Source: Hemiscyllium ocellatum
Lineage: Eukaryota
Direction: 5' to 3'
Assembly: GCF_020745735.1 (NCBI RefSeq)
Contig: NC_083435.1
Location: forward strand, 38,651,090 to 38,715,089
DNA length: 64,000 nucleotides
In this document: positions 12,501 through 23,209 of the stretch, piece after piece
Layout of the letters: each line of letters starts with the position of its first letter
Numbering within the stretch: the first letter of the stretch is position 1
Translations under genes and position numbers: made by a program
The notes under the pieces: model-generated
Told to the model about the DNA's origin: nothing
The model's database searches: none
Seen by the model: the letters and a program-made list of their open reading frames with translations, nothing else

Positions 12501-15500
12501 AACTGAGGTAAGTGCCATCACTATCAGCCTGAGTTTCCCACTCTGCATTGCCTGGCTGCAGATATCTAGCCATTGCTCTACTTTGGACAGGACATAGCTG
12601 GGCAATATTCTGTTATTATAGGCTGTACTGGAATAACTTTGACTCTCATTTCAAAGTACCTCAAATTCTTGGCTGAAAAACCTGTAGTGTCCAAAAACCT
12701 GGACCAAGCACTCAAATGTACCATACATTTGAAACATTTGTGGCTAAGTGCTGCATTGTCCTGGTGTCACTCCAGACCAGTTAACCACTTCACTACTTAA
12801 TGTGTATTCCAGATGACCTATGACCCTACCAGATGTGCAGCCTAGACAATGTCTCTGAAATGTCTGAAGTCTGGCACAGTCTCAGCCTGAAGGTGTTGGA
12901 TGTGAGGTCCCGTACCTGTAATTGCTGTTTCATGGTCGCTCTAATTTTCTATTTATCACTTCTATTCACAAGATGCTGTTGTCTTTATACAGGAAGTCCC
13001 CAGGTTACAAACACCCGACTTACAAACCGACCACTGGCTTCTCATTTTAAAACGTATTTTAAAAAATCAGAGTTAAATACAACGTTTCGTCCTAATGAAT
13101 AGGCGAACTAATTAGCCTGTATTTGTTCTGACTTAAGCACAAATTTGGCTTACGAACAGCAAACAAAAGGAACTTGTTTGTAACCTGGGGCTTTCCTGTA
13201 TATTTTAATCAACCTAATTTTCTAATCATCACATCCACCTGCCCCAAAGGTGTCACAGCAGAGTTGAACTTGCTGCTGATTTAAGAGTAGGGATACTACC
13301 ACTGCCTCAAGAGCCTTTGTTAATTTATATGTAGTTTTGTTTTCTACTTTAGTGATTAGATTAGATTCCCTACCATGGTCTTTAAGACAAATAGAGCTCT
13401 TTCCCCCCTTTGGGTGTATAAACTGGCTTAATATCTCAGTTAACACTTCCAACTGGTTCTAAATGACACTTAATGTTATCCAATTTATAGTGAGTGCACT
13501 CCATCTCATTTCATTGAAGCCACACTGGCTTAAAGCTAGGACCTTGTTAGTTTCCTATTTCTCTGTCAAATGCAATGTTGCACTTTGCTGATCACATTCA
13601 TGTTCTGTGGTGGTGTATCTACTGGACCAGGAGCCCCAGGTTCAAGTCCTGCCTGTACTGCAGGTGTGTGTAACAGCATCTCTGAATAGGTTGATGTAAT
13701 TAAATAGGTTAAAAAATTAAATGTGACTTATTGCTCATTATGAAGTGAAATGATGCCTGAGACTGATTAACAGGTATTTTGAGCTAAAAATCACTTAATC
13801 AGCCATTCCTCTGTACATGGTGTGATTGCTTGGACCTTGCTCAGCTTGTTTTACAAACTACTGTAGTTAATATCCAACACTGCCCCTTCTCGCTGCTTGA
13901 GCTGTCACCTAGTCTCTGTGAGGGGCTTATGCCCGAAATGTCGAAGTTCCTGGTCCTTGGATGCTGCCTGACCTGCCCTTTTCCAGCAACACATTTTCAG
14001 CTCTGTCACCTAGTCTGACTTGCAGTACACACCTGGGCTTCTGAACAGTTTAGGAGACTACAGTATTGAGATGAAACTAAATCCCACTATGGGTCAGGAG
14101 GGGATATTTTGGAGGTTTTTAAAGAACTGGTGTTCTGTTCCAGTTTCACAATTCATCCTAACCCTGGTCACCTGAATGTAGGTCAGGGCCTGGAGATATG
14201 GATCTAATTGGAGTTATTCAGGAATTGGACACCCAGTAATGAAGATGGGGGAAGAGTCCAATGCAAATGGTAAAATTTGAACTTGTTCTCTGCCCTTGTT
14301 GTATTATGAAACTTGTCTTTCTGTTCCAGTTGAACCAACAGTCACTATCCGACCTAAAGCCTCTCAGCATTCTGCACGGTCAGCTTTGCTCTCGTGTCAT
14401 GTCACTGGATTTTACCCTCCTGAGATTGATGTCACGTGGCTGAAAAATGGAGCACCAATTCCTGATGGTGCCATCAACACTGTCCTGTTATCAGATGGTG
14501 ACTGGACCTATCAGGTGGAGGATCTCCTCCAGTACCAGCCAGTGTCTGGGGATAAATACACCTGTCGTGTGGAACACAGCAGCCTGAGGGGGCCCAGGAG
14601 TGTGGACTGGGGTAAGACAAATCTACATACTGCTCAGAACAAAAACAAAACATTGAAAGTACTCATCTGTGGGGGAGAGGATCAGTATCATAGTTTCAGT
14701 TTAATCTATCAATAATTACAAATGACAGAATTTTGAGTCACTACTATCACATTCTGTTCCTGGGAGACTGTCCTTAACTGCTGACCAGATTTTTCCATTA
14801 TAAATTGTCTTGTAATTATCCTTTTCTGTATCACCCATTCTCCAATAGTTTTCAGTAAGAATCCTTGACTACAATTTATGGGCACTCCTTTGTGGGTCCC
14901 TTATGTTCCATTCATTTTATTTTTTGTTTCTAGCCACTTTCTCACTGCTTATTCAAAGTGATTCACATATTTTAATGCATAATCTAATGCATTAAAAAAT
15001 CTAACCATTCTCTCATTGTATTCCTAAAATCGATGTTTCTGTACTAACTTCCTTCTGCTTTGGGGAATAAAGCTGATCATGGTGATTAAAGCTGAGTCTC
15101 AACTCACTGACCTGATCTCCTTTGCAGGCCTGAATGATGAGTAAGGAGAAGTTGAGATGGAGCAGGCTGAAAGGAATTAAGAATTAAATCCTGAATTCCA
15201 ATCTCTTTATACAATTTGATCCTTAGAAAAAAAATCTGGAGCACTTCCCAATTTTTTCTGCCTTACAGACTTTAGTGCACTTTTCTCCTATAATGATTTG
15301 GAGATGCCGGTGTTGGACTGGGGTGTACAAAGTTAAGTTAAAAATCACACAACACCAGGTTATAGTGCAACAGTTTAATTGGAAGCACTCTAGCTTTCAG
15401 AGCGACGCTCCTTCATCACCTGATGAAGGAGCGTCACTCCGAAAGCTAGTGTGCTTCCAATTAAACCTGTTGGACTATAACCTGGTGTTGTGGTTTAACT

Positions 15501-18500
15501 TTCTCCTATAATGTAATGGTGGTTTTATCTTTGTTCTCTTAACCATTCTGATTGTCTGAAACTTGTGTACACCTTCAGGTGTTGCCTCCTGTGCATGTTA
15601 TCATATGCTTTAAAAATACTGCAGCCTGGTATTTCCTTCTGTTCATGCTGTTACAACAGTTATGATACAATTAAAGTTCTAGTAGTGACCACTGCAGTAC
15701 ATGTTTATAAGTGACACTCCTTGTCTGTTTAACTTTTATTTTATTCTTGCTCTTTTAATCAGTTCATGTATCCAGATAAATCTTTATCATTTGATCTAAA
15801 TTGCTTTATTTTCCCAACACCTCCACTGTCTACTTTTTTGTCCTTTCTCCATTTATCTACATTCCTATCCAAATATCATGATAGCACCATCTTCCCCAAA
15901 ACCAGTGCCAGTTTCCCATAAAGATGAAAGTTTAGTCGTGTTGTGATCTTTGTCTTTGTCCCTAAATCTAAAGATTACTAACCTCTTGCTAAACTCCATG
16001 CACATCCTGCTCCTTTCCTATCTTAATGGACATGACTATACTTAGGTTTTGCTCATGTCCATGAGGGTATTGGAATCTTCCTTTTTGAGTCACTTTCAAT
16101 GTAATAGGAATACAGGCTGTATTATCTTGAAAACCACTTGCAATGATATAGGGAAATACTGCTGAAACTCTAATACAATCACACTTCCTACTTTTCCATT
16201 TTTCTCCAAACACTGCAGAAATTGGCAGTCTCTAAGCTATACCTCCTATGCTTCTGTGTGATTCCAGAACATAAAATGGAAGAATGGAAAGGAGTACAAG
16301 TTAAATGGCAGATTGATGAAATGTCATGGCAGTGGGATTTTTCTGTCCTGATACAGAAACAAATCATTTGGAGGGCAAATGGATGTCCATTTCAAGTGAA
16401 ATGGAATATGAAGTAGGGAAGTTTACTGTGCTTGTTCGGGACATTGGTAGAACTACATCTGGAGAACTGCATTCCGTTTTATCCTAATCTTCCTATGAGG
16501 GTGAAGGGCAAGGTTGACAGGAATAGGGAACCCTGGATGACAAGAGATAGAAAGGAGGCATGGCTCAGGTGCAGGCAGCTGGGATCAAGGCAAGGTATAC
16601 AGGAATTTACTGAAGAAGGAAATCAGTAGGTTGAAAGGGGGGCACGAGATTGCCTTGGCTGAGATGACTAGGGTGAATCCAAAGAGGTTCTTTAAGTACC
16701 TGTATATTAAAGGAAAAATAATCTCCGGAGAGAATAGGGCCCGTCAAGGACTAAAATGGACATGTGTAGAACTGCAGGAGATGGGTGAGGTCCTCAATGA
16801 ATATGTCTCCTCATTACCACAGAGAAGGCATAAAGACTTGAGAACTTGGGAAGTTAGCGGCGATACTTTGGACAGTCCATATCACAATTATAGGAGGTGT
16901 TGGATGAATTAGAATGTATGAAGGTGGATAAATCTCCTGACCAGATACATCCAAGAAAACTGCAAGGAGGCTAGGGAAGAAATTGCAGGGACCCTGACTG
17001 ATATTTTTGCATCATCGTTAACCATGGGTGAGGTCTGGGAGATTGGAGGGTAGGGAATGTTGTGCTCTTATTCAAGAGGGGTTGTAAAGAAAAAACTGGG
17101 CACTATAGACCAGTAAGCTTAACATCTGTGGTAGGTATGTTTACTTGAAGATTGAGATAAGATATACATGCATTTGGAAAGACAGGGTTTGATTAGGAGT
17201 GGTCAGCATGGCTTTGAGTGGGAGGTAATGCCTGAAATTTGTTACTATCATGAATTAACCAGGAAGATTGAGTGCAGGACAAGTGACAGTATGGATTTCA
17301 GTAAGGCCTTTGATAAGGTTCCACACGGTAGACTGCTCTGGAAGGTTAGATCACATAGAATCCAGGGGGAGTTGGGAAATTGGATACACAATTGGCTTGA
17401 TTTAGAAAGCAGAGAGTAATAGTGGAAGGATGCTTGTCAAACTGGAGGCCTGACTCTGCTGGAGTGCCTCAGGTTGGTGCTGAGCCTATTGCTGTTTGTT
17501 ATCTTTATCAATGATCTGGACACAAGTTTGCAGGTAGCAGTAAAATAGGCAGTCAAGGTTAACAGAAATTGAAGCAGGACCTTGATCAGCTGGGGAAGTG
17601 GGCCAAGAAATGGCAAAAGGAGTTTAACAGCGATAAGTGTGAGGTCTTGCATTTAAGGCAAAGAAGAGTTTCATGGAGAATGGTAGGGCCTTAAGGAGTG
17701 TAATGGAACAGAGGGACCTTGGAGTTCAGGTGCAGTGTTCTCTGAAAGTGGGGTCACAGGTAGACAGGGCAGTGAAGAAAGCTTTTGGTACTTCGTTAGT
17801 CAGGGCAGTGAGTGTAGAAGTTGGGACGTTGTGTTGCTGTAATATGGGACATTGGTGAGGCTGCAGTAGGAGTATTGTTCGGTTTTGGTCACCTTACCAT
17901 AGGAAGTTAAAAATCTCACAACCCATTATAGTCTAACAGGTTTATTTGGAAGCACTATCTTTCAGAGCACTCTGAAAGCTAGTGCTTCCAAATAAACCTG
18001 TTGGACTATGTGGTGTTGTGATTTTTAATTTTGTATACCCCAATCCAACACCAGCACCTTCAAATCATTGCAGTAGGAAGAATGTTAAACTGGAAAGAGT
18101 GCAGAAGAAACTTAAAGGATGTTCACAAGACTGTGGTCTGTTATCGGGAGCAGTTGGGACAAGCTAGGATTTTTCTCTTTCGAATGTAGGAGACCGAGGG
18201 GGAATCTTACAGAAGTGTATAAGATCATGAGAGGCATGGATAGGGTGATTTTTTTTTTCCCCCAGGGTTGGGATTTGAGAACTAGAGGGCATCAGTTTGC
18301 AGTTAGAGGGGAAAGAGTAAAAGGGAACCTAAGGGGCAATATTTTTACACAGAAGGTGGTACGCATATGGAATGAGCTGCCAGCAGAAGTGCTTGAGCTG
18401 GGTACATTAACAACATTTAAAAGGCATCTGGACAAATACATGGATAGGAAAGGACTAGAAGGATATGGCCAAGTGCAGGGAAATGGGGTTAGTGTGGGTG

Positions 18501-21500
18501 GACATTTTTGGTTGGCATGGATCAAAGGGCCTGTCTCCAGTCTCCATGCAGTAGGACTCTGACAGTGAGGCAGAGGTGCATGATTGCATTGGCAGCTATT
18601 CAGAAGGTTCTCTGTCCTTTCCTTGAATAAAAGGCTGATCTTAAAGTCTGTACAGGTTAGACCATAACTCATTAATGTTTAGAAGGTCTTGGGATTGCAT
18701 AGGATAGATGCTGGGAGGATTCCTTTTGTAGGAGAGACTAGAATTAGGGGATTGCAGTTTAAAAACCTGATTTCCCTTTTAAAGGCCAAGTTGAGGAGAA
18801 TTCCTTTGTTAGTGGCTAGTTTGTGAAATTCCTTTCCATAAAGTAGTGGAAGCTGTCGTTGAATTTATTCAGACAGTTACACTATTGAGATTGTGGGACC
18901 AGGGTGGGGACAGTGCAGGGTTCAGCTGTAATCTGATCAACCATGACTGTAGCAAATGGTAAAGCAGGCTTGAAGGGCCAAATGGCCTGCTCAGCTCCTA
19001 AATCATGTTCCTATTTTATTTGAACAAGGACCTAAACCAGAAGGTAGCTCCCTAATATGATTGTCAATATGAAGCTTATGACACCATCTGTTTTGATTTG
19101 AACAGAAGTCCGGAGTATTCCTGAATCGGCACATCCCAAGATTGCTGTCGGAGCCCTGTTCTTTGTGATTGGGCTGATCATCTTGCTGGTTGGAGTGATA
19201 ATGAGACTGAAGAATGCTAAAGGTGAGCTTCTAGGTGATACTCCTACCCTGGGACCATGGGGCTGGAGGTGTTCCCCCGGGCTGTCTAAGCTGTGTTCAT
19301 ATTACACTGGACAGAAAATACAAGCTGGCTGGGACCATCCAAATGATAGTCTCCTGAGCTTATGACCTTGGTTTGTTCATCAAAATGAGTTATTACCAAC
19401 TTTCATTGGCAGTCAGCTGGCTTGGCTGTCAGTGCAATGTAAGAAAAAAACTGCCCATGACTAGAAACATTTAGCTGCAAAGTAGTGTAGAAGGCATGGA
19501 GCAGGGAATTTCTTCGAAGAGATCAATAAATCTTGCTCTATATCATTGGAATATCAGTGAAATTTCCAAATTATCTGTCAAGAGCTGAAGTGTAAAGTAA
19601 CCAAAGTTGTAAGTAAAGTATGGATTGACAATATTGAATACTGTAAAGATTAGCTTGAAGGTTCACCGAAGTTATCCTGATATTAGATTGCAATGTAACC
19701 AGACAGTGAAAGGCTTATAATGAATACTGAAATCTCAACTGAAAGATTCTGACAGCATCTCGAATAGGGAATGAAGAACAATAAAACATTGAGCTGCCAA
19801 AATGCAAGAGTAACAGAACCCTGAATTAGATTTGCCATTGTGGGATTATCAGACTTTTATTAGTTGAAAAAATGCTTCACTTTGTGATTCATGAGAATGT
19901 GTTGGATAAGTATTAGTGAAAGCAGTTGTAAATCCTGTGTGCACTTCACCTGCCACTTGCGATGACACTCATACTTTTACAAAAGCCTTTTAAACGGTGA
20001 AATAAGGTTTAAAAAGATCAATGCTATTTGTAGCTTAGGTTGCATTGGACATGAATTAGCCAAAACAAAGCTAAATTGTCAAGTGACTGCTAGATTACAG
20101 TTGGTGTTCCCTGCCAAAAGACAGTTGCAGCAAACACCTCCAAATCTGGTGGAGAGAGAGATTAAAAACCGGGAGAATCCTCAAATAGGACAGAACTCTG
20201 AAACAAGGATAGAAGAGAGATGGCTATTGGAATTTACTGTGCTAATACTATCATAGTACTTAGTTTTACAGTCTGGGCCCACTGGCATTGAGATGTCAAT
20301 TCTTGATTACCATCCTGGTGGGGTACTCTAATTTCACATTTGATCTCCTCTGGACTTCATTGGAATATAGGCAATGTTTCATGTTGATTACCATGAGGAC
20401 TTGAACAAAGAGCTAAGGTGATCACTGTTCTCTTTAGGATGTGTTTTATTTGAACACGTTTTAGATTGAATGGTAAAATCCGATCTGATTATTGAGGCTG
20501 CTCCTTGGATTAATTGAATAGTGTTTCCTACACAGACTCTGGGTTAAAATTCCTCCCCTTGCTTCATTGAGCAATTATGTTAATGCTGTACCTGCCCAGC
20601 ATTCTAGCTGAGCTGTTCTCACCTTCAGACTTTGTTATCTGATGGTGTTCTGACATCCTACAAGAACGTCATACAAGAACCATAATATTGGTTACATTAG
20701 GTGGCTGTGTTTAGGGTTCCTTCCTTTCACTTGCCTGGACTGGCCAAAGCATCGATGTATCTAAAGATCTGTCACTTCAGCTCCGAAATCACCTAACATC
20801 AGGTTAGAGTCAGGATATATTATCAGGTTTATTTGAAATCACCAGCATTCAGAGCACTGCCACTTCATCTGAAGGAGCCTCCACATCATGACCTCCTGAG
20901 ATGACAAACTCCTCATCAGCTCTGATATGAGAAGAGTAGCTGTCACTCGGAAGCTCTGTGTGCTGTGGTGTGACTGAAGGCTGTCAGACGCATCCTTTAC
21001 CCGTCTCTAGCATTTCCTAATTGCCACAGGGTTTGGTGGTTTGCTGAACCATCTACATGTTGGACCAGATATTTTAACAATGAACAAATGGACAAGGTTC
21101 AAAACACCTTCATACTCCAAGGTAATCTGTTTAATTTGATGCGAGCCAATGGCTAAATACTTGGTTTCCAAATATTTGACATGTTTGAAGGTTAGACAGT
21201 GACCAAAACACCAGAAACATCTCTTCCACTCCAAAATTATGCCATTGAATCTTTTACTTTCCCTTGGGGGTGGAGGGGACCTGAATTTAATATCTCAGCC
21301 AAAAGGCAGCAGCTCTAACCCTGCAGCAGTCTGAAGTACCACATTGGAGTATAACCCTGATCTGTTTAATCCTCAAGTGAGACTTGAACCCATAACCATC
21401 CTGATTGGAGACAGACTAACCTCGTTTCCTTTCTCTTCCAGCTATTCTGGACTCCAGCAATCACGGTCCACGTAAGTATACCAGCTATTTTGGATGTGGT

Positions 21501-22662
21501 GAAAGGAGGAATACTTTCAAACAAGGTGCCAGTTCTGACCAATAGCTGCATTCCAGTGTAATTCTAGCTGTGAAAGCTGTCAATGTGAATTAGGAACAGG
21601 CATAGGCTATTAAACGCTTAATCCAACTCAGCCACAACCTTACTAAATGGCAACCTGATGATGACCACAATACTGCATTCCTGCTTACTCCCAGACAGGT
21701 ACATCCTGGGTTAGACTGTAAAACCACCTCCAGAAATCTTGTTGAGGCTGCTCCCAAACCCACTTCATATCAGATTGTGCTGGTTGCAGTGTAACTTGAA
21801 CCCTTCCTAGAGGTGAAACAGTGCCCAAACCACCCTTCCTGTCTGTAATGACAGAGCAATGAAACTGGTAATCTCTGGACAATATGGAGAGTCTTTGTCA
21901 AACCTGAACCACCCTGGGAACCTAACCTGTCTCAGACTGATCTGTTAGCTGTATGAGTAGGAGCATTCCTGTCATGAGATCTGTCTAGGTTTTCCTTCTA
22001 CCACATGTGACTCCTGATTCCATCTTTATTGCCAACCTTGTATTTTTAGTTTATTCAGGGATATGGGTTTTGCAGGCTGCTTCCTGATTACCCTGGAGAA
22101 GATGGTGGGTGGCTGCAGTTGAATTGATGCAGTTCCTTTGGTGTAGGAACACCATGTTAAGGAGGGAACTCCAGATATTTCACCCAGCAACAGTGAAAGA
22201 AGAATGTGATGTTTGAGTCAGTGATTACTGTGACTCTTGGAAATCTCTGGAATTGTAAGCTACTATCCATTACACAACTGTAAAGGTCTACTGTCAGTGT
22301 AATGCACAGTTCCAGAGACTGTGGGGACAGTCAGGCCATTCAGCCCATCAAATCTGCTCCACCATTTGATAGTGGCTGATTTGTTTCTCAGCGCCATCCT
22401 CCTGCCTTCTTCCTGTAACCCCTGATCCCCTTACCAATCAGAACCTAGCTATCCTTGTCTTAAATACACCCAATGACTTGGCTTCCATAGCCACCTGCAG
22501 TAATGAGTTCCACAGACTAACCATCCTTGGCACTTCTATCTGTCAGAGGTTTGCACGTTGCCTGTGCTCTTCAGTAATTTCTATTTTCTGTGCGTAAGTG
22601 GGTCCTGTGCTTTCTAACCTGAATTCTTTATTCCAGGTTTGATGAGTACAGCTGCAAGTTAA
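415..22662 (+). CDS. mhc2b: MHC class II beta chain, complete spliced CDS (6 exons, 284 aa)
   Basis: Exons join in frame with GT-AG phase-1 introns: leader, beta1, beta2 C1-Ig, CP/TM, and two cytoplasmic exons ending AILDSSNHGP-RLMSTAAS*. Exon lengths 139+261+282+117+30+26 = 855 nt. The symbol is a generic family label. Confidence 0.93.
459..494 (+). repeat. (GATCCC)6 coding hexamer microsatellite
   Basis: Six tandem copies encoding (Ile-Pro)6 in the leader. Confidence 0.95.
636..780 (+). repeat. G-rich tandem repeat at the 5' end of intron 1
   Basis: GTCCCGGCTATAACCGGGGG four times, separated by long G runs. Confidence 0.9.
1070..1612 (+). mobile_element. CR1 LINE 3' fragment
   Basis: Encodes QFWSP/KLERVQKRFTRMLPGL and ends with the CR1 tail GTCTGTTTCCATGCTG...ATGACTCTAT. 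Confidence 0.9.
1981..2857 (-). mobile_element. Young CR1 LINE 3' fragment (second subfamily) with an uninterrupted 257-aa C-terminal RT-region ORF
   Basis: ORF 2056-2829 (LVRPHLEYCVQFWSPYY...) and an (AGAACAT)n-type tail at 1981. Confidence 0.92.
3285..3775 (+). mobile_element. CR1 LINE 3' fragment
   Basis: Same 3' sequence as 1070-1612, more diverged. Confidence 0.85.
3830..4640 (+). mobile_element. Old, degenerate CR1-like fragment
   Basis: Remnants of the RT C-terminus and 3' UTR (cagttttggtct, gttcagaaaagg, gtggaggctg). Confidence 0.55.
5135..5618 (+). mobile_element. CR1 LINE 3' fragment
   Basis: caattctggtctcc ... gtgctgtacatctctgac. Confidence 0.85.
7190..8960 (-). mobile_element. 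Cluster of old antisense CR1 fragments interrupted by a SINE
   Basis: ORF 7860-8123 gives degenerate VQRRFTRLLSGM, and CR1 tail-like gagcaggactaggcc...gagcctg occurs at about 7205. Confidence 0.65.
8152..8462 (-). mobile_element. HE1-type tRNA-derived SINE (diverged)
   Basis: Reverse complement of the ttagcactgctgcct ... tgtgcagatt ... ggccaaatggccc body. Confidence 0.8.
9142..10889 (+). mobile_element. Degenerate CR1 LINE (RT region to 3' tail)
   Basis: Frameshifted pieces of EDWRLANV, YRPVSL, SQHGFV, FADD and the CR1 tail. Confidence 0.92.
11020..11125 (-). mobile_element. Penelope-like pLTR fragment with a decayed hammerhead motif
   Basis: Reverse complement reads ctgatgaagggcttatgctcgaaacgttgaattc...gatgctgcctggcctgctgtgc. 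Confidence 0.75.
11205..11261 (+). mobile_element. HE1-type SINE 3' tail fragment
   Basis: gggtcggtgtggacttgttgggccgaagggcctgtttccacac..taatctaat. Confidence 0.8.
11713..11752 (+). repeat. (TG)n(TC)n compound microsatellite forming the exon 2 acceptor tract
   Basis: ctgtgtgt...gtctctctc...tcag directly abuts exon 2. Confidence 0.95.
11754..12014 (+). CDS. mhc2b: MHC IIB exon 2 (beta1 peptide-binding domain)
   Basis: DAHTGNFFTGCDFNSSGSWTY...YFDFNQKKFIAVKDW...FCPNNIGI...SRK, with the beta1 Cys pair and NSS sequon. Splice sites cag|ac and aaag|gtgaga. Confidence 0.95.
12990..13198. mobile_element. Tc1/mariner-pogo (Tigger/MER2-like) MITE
   Basis: TIRs CAGGAAGTCCCCAGGTTACAAAC and GTTTGTAACCTGGGGCTTTCCTG, flanked by TA at 12988-89 and 13199-200. 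Confidence 0.85.
13885..14005 (+). mobile_element. Penelope-like pLTR fragment (degenerate hammerhead)
   Basis: ggggcttatgcccgaaatgtcga...ggatgctgcctgacctg. Confidence 0.7.
14330..14611 (+). CDS. mhc2b: MHC IIB exon 3 (beta2 C1-type Ig domain)
   Basis: VEPTVTI...LSCHVTGFYPPEIDVTWLKNG...DGDWTYQ...YTCRVEHSSL...VDW, with the canonical 282-nt size. Splice sites ccag|tt and tggg|gtaag. Confidence 0.97.
15296..15499. mobile_element. Penelope-like pLTR inverted-fusion insertion with a 14-bp target-site duplication
   Basis: Two inverted pLTR arms meet at ttcatca-cc-tgatgaa. TTTCTCCTATAATG at 15282-15295 and 15500-15513. Confidence 0.85.
15417..15451 (+). ncRNA. Minimal type I hammerhead ribozyme motif (CUA family), sense strand in intron 3
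   Basis: cac-CTGATGA-a-ggagc gtc actcc-GAAA-gc-TA-gtg: intact core, stem I cac/gtg, palindromic AGCU stem III. Confidence 0.7.
16400..18565 (+). mobile_element. Old degenerate CR1 LINE in intron 3
   Basis: Frameshifted pieces of REPWMT, HEIALA, DFSKAFDKVPHGRLL and GNIFTQKVVRIWNELP. Confidence 0.88.
17905..18062. mobile_element. Penelope-like pLTR inverted pair with the centre deleted, inserted in CR1
   Basis: ttatagtctaacaggtttatttggaagcact...ctgaaagctagtgcttccaaataaacctgttggactat. Confidence 0.8.
19106..19222 (+). CDS. mhc2b: MHC IIB exon 4 (connecting peptide and transmembrane)
   Basis: EVRSIPESAHPKIAVGALFFVIGLIILLVGVIMRLKNAK. Splice sites aacag|aa and aaag|gtgagc. Confidence 0.93.
21230..21415 (-). 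mobile_element. Deu-domain / SacSINE1-like SINE fragment
   Basis: tgccattgaatcttttac...tttaatatctcagccaaaaggcagca...cttgaacccataacc. Family name is from recall. Confidence 0.55.
21442..21471 (+). CDS. mhc2b: MHC IIB exon 5 (cytoplasmic, AILDSSNHGP)
   Basis: Strong acceptor ttcctttctcttccag and donor c|gtaagt. The 30-nt phase 1-1 exon continues the frame. Confidence 0.85.
22637..22662 (+). CDS. mhc2b: MHC IIB exon 6 (RLMSTAAS, stop)
   Basis: Acceptor ttctttattccag, and the class II beta-like (G/R)LM tail motif is in frame to TAA. Confidence 0.82.
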
Positions 22663-23203
22663 CTGTGGATGTGACCTGAGACAGTGAGTGACATAGTGGA
22701 TTAAACAGCTCTAAAATGCTTCGAAATTCCCAATGTGACCACAGCTCACCATACATAGGCTGCTTCACCTTGACTTTTGATTGCTTGTGGTTAATGTCAT
22801 GCAATGTATGAGACTTGTACACTGTAACTTTTCTAATCATGTTAAAATGACATGTAAAAACAAATGTCTAATGTCACACCGTGATTAACTCCCTCTGCAC
22901 ACCATCCCCACCCTGACAGGTGAGATACTGGGGTCAGTGCTTGGATGTAGGTAGGCTCTCTAACTTTTCTGTTCACACAGCCTTGTTGTAAATGTTCTGA
23001 AATCTCCTTTATTTACTTGAAAAATGATCTATTTTGTATCTAAACCATTTTAATGAAACAATTGATTTTAATATCTTTTACATGGACTTTATCAAACTGA
23101 TTACATCTGTTATATTGAAACTAAAGACCATTTGTACTTGGGTTTGCTGCTGTGTCCCCTTTACTGTCACTCAGCACTCAATGAAAAGCTTCAACTACTA
23201 ACT

Positions 23204-23209
23204 AATAAA
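23204..23209 (+). terminator. Probable polyadenylation signal of MHC IIB
   Basis: AATAAA about 540 nt after the stop, following an AT-rich 3' UTR. Confidence 0.55.

Noticed and set aside
14296-14715. 139-aa ORF as a stand-alone Ig-domain or beta2-microglobulin gene
   Set aside because: It is the 282-nt beta2 exon plus intronic flanks, and it splices in phase to the neighbouring exons
11754-19222. W-category or class I assignment
   Set aside because: One membrane-distal domain plus one C1 domain with class II beta motifs (GFYP, DGDWTYQ, beta1 Cys pair, N82) fits class II beta. A phylogeny was not run.
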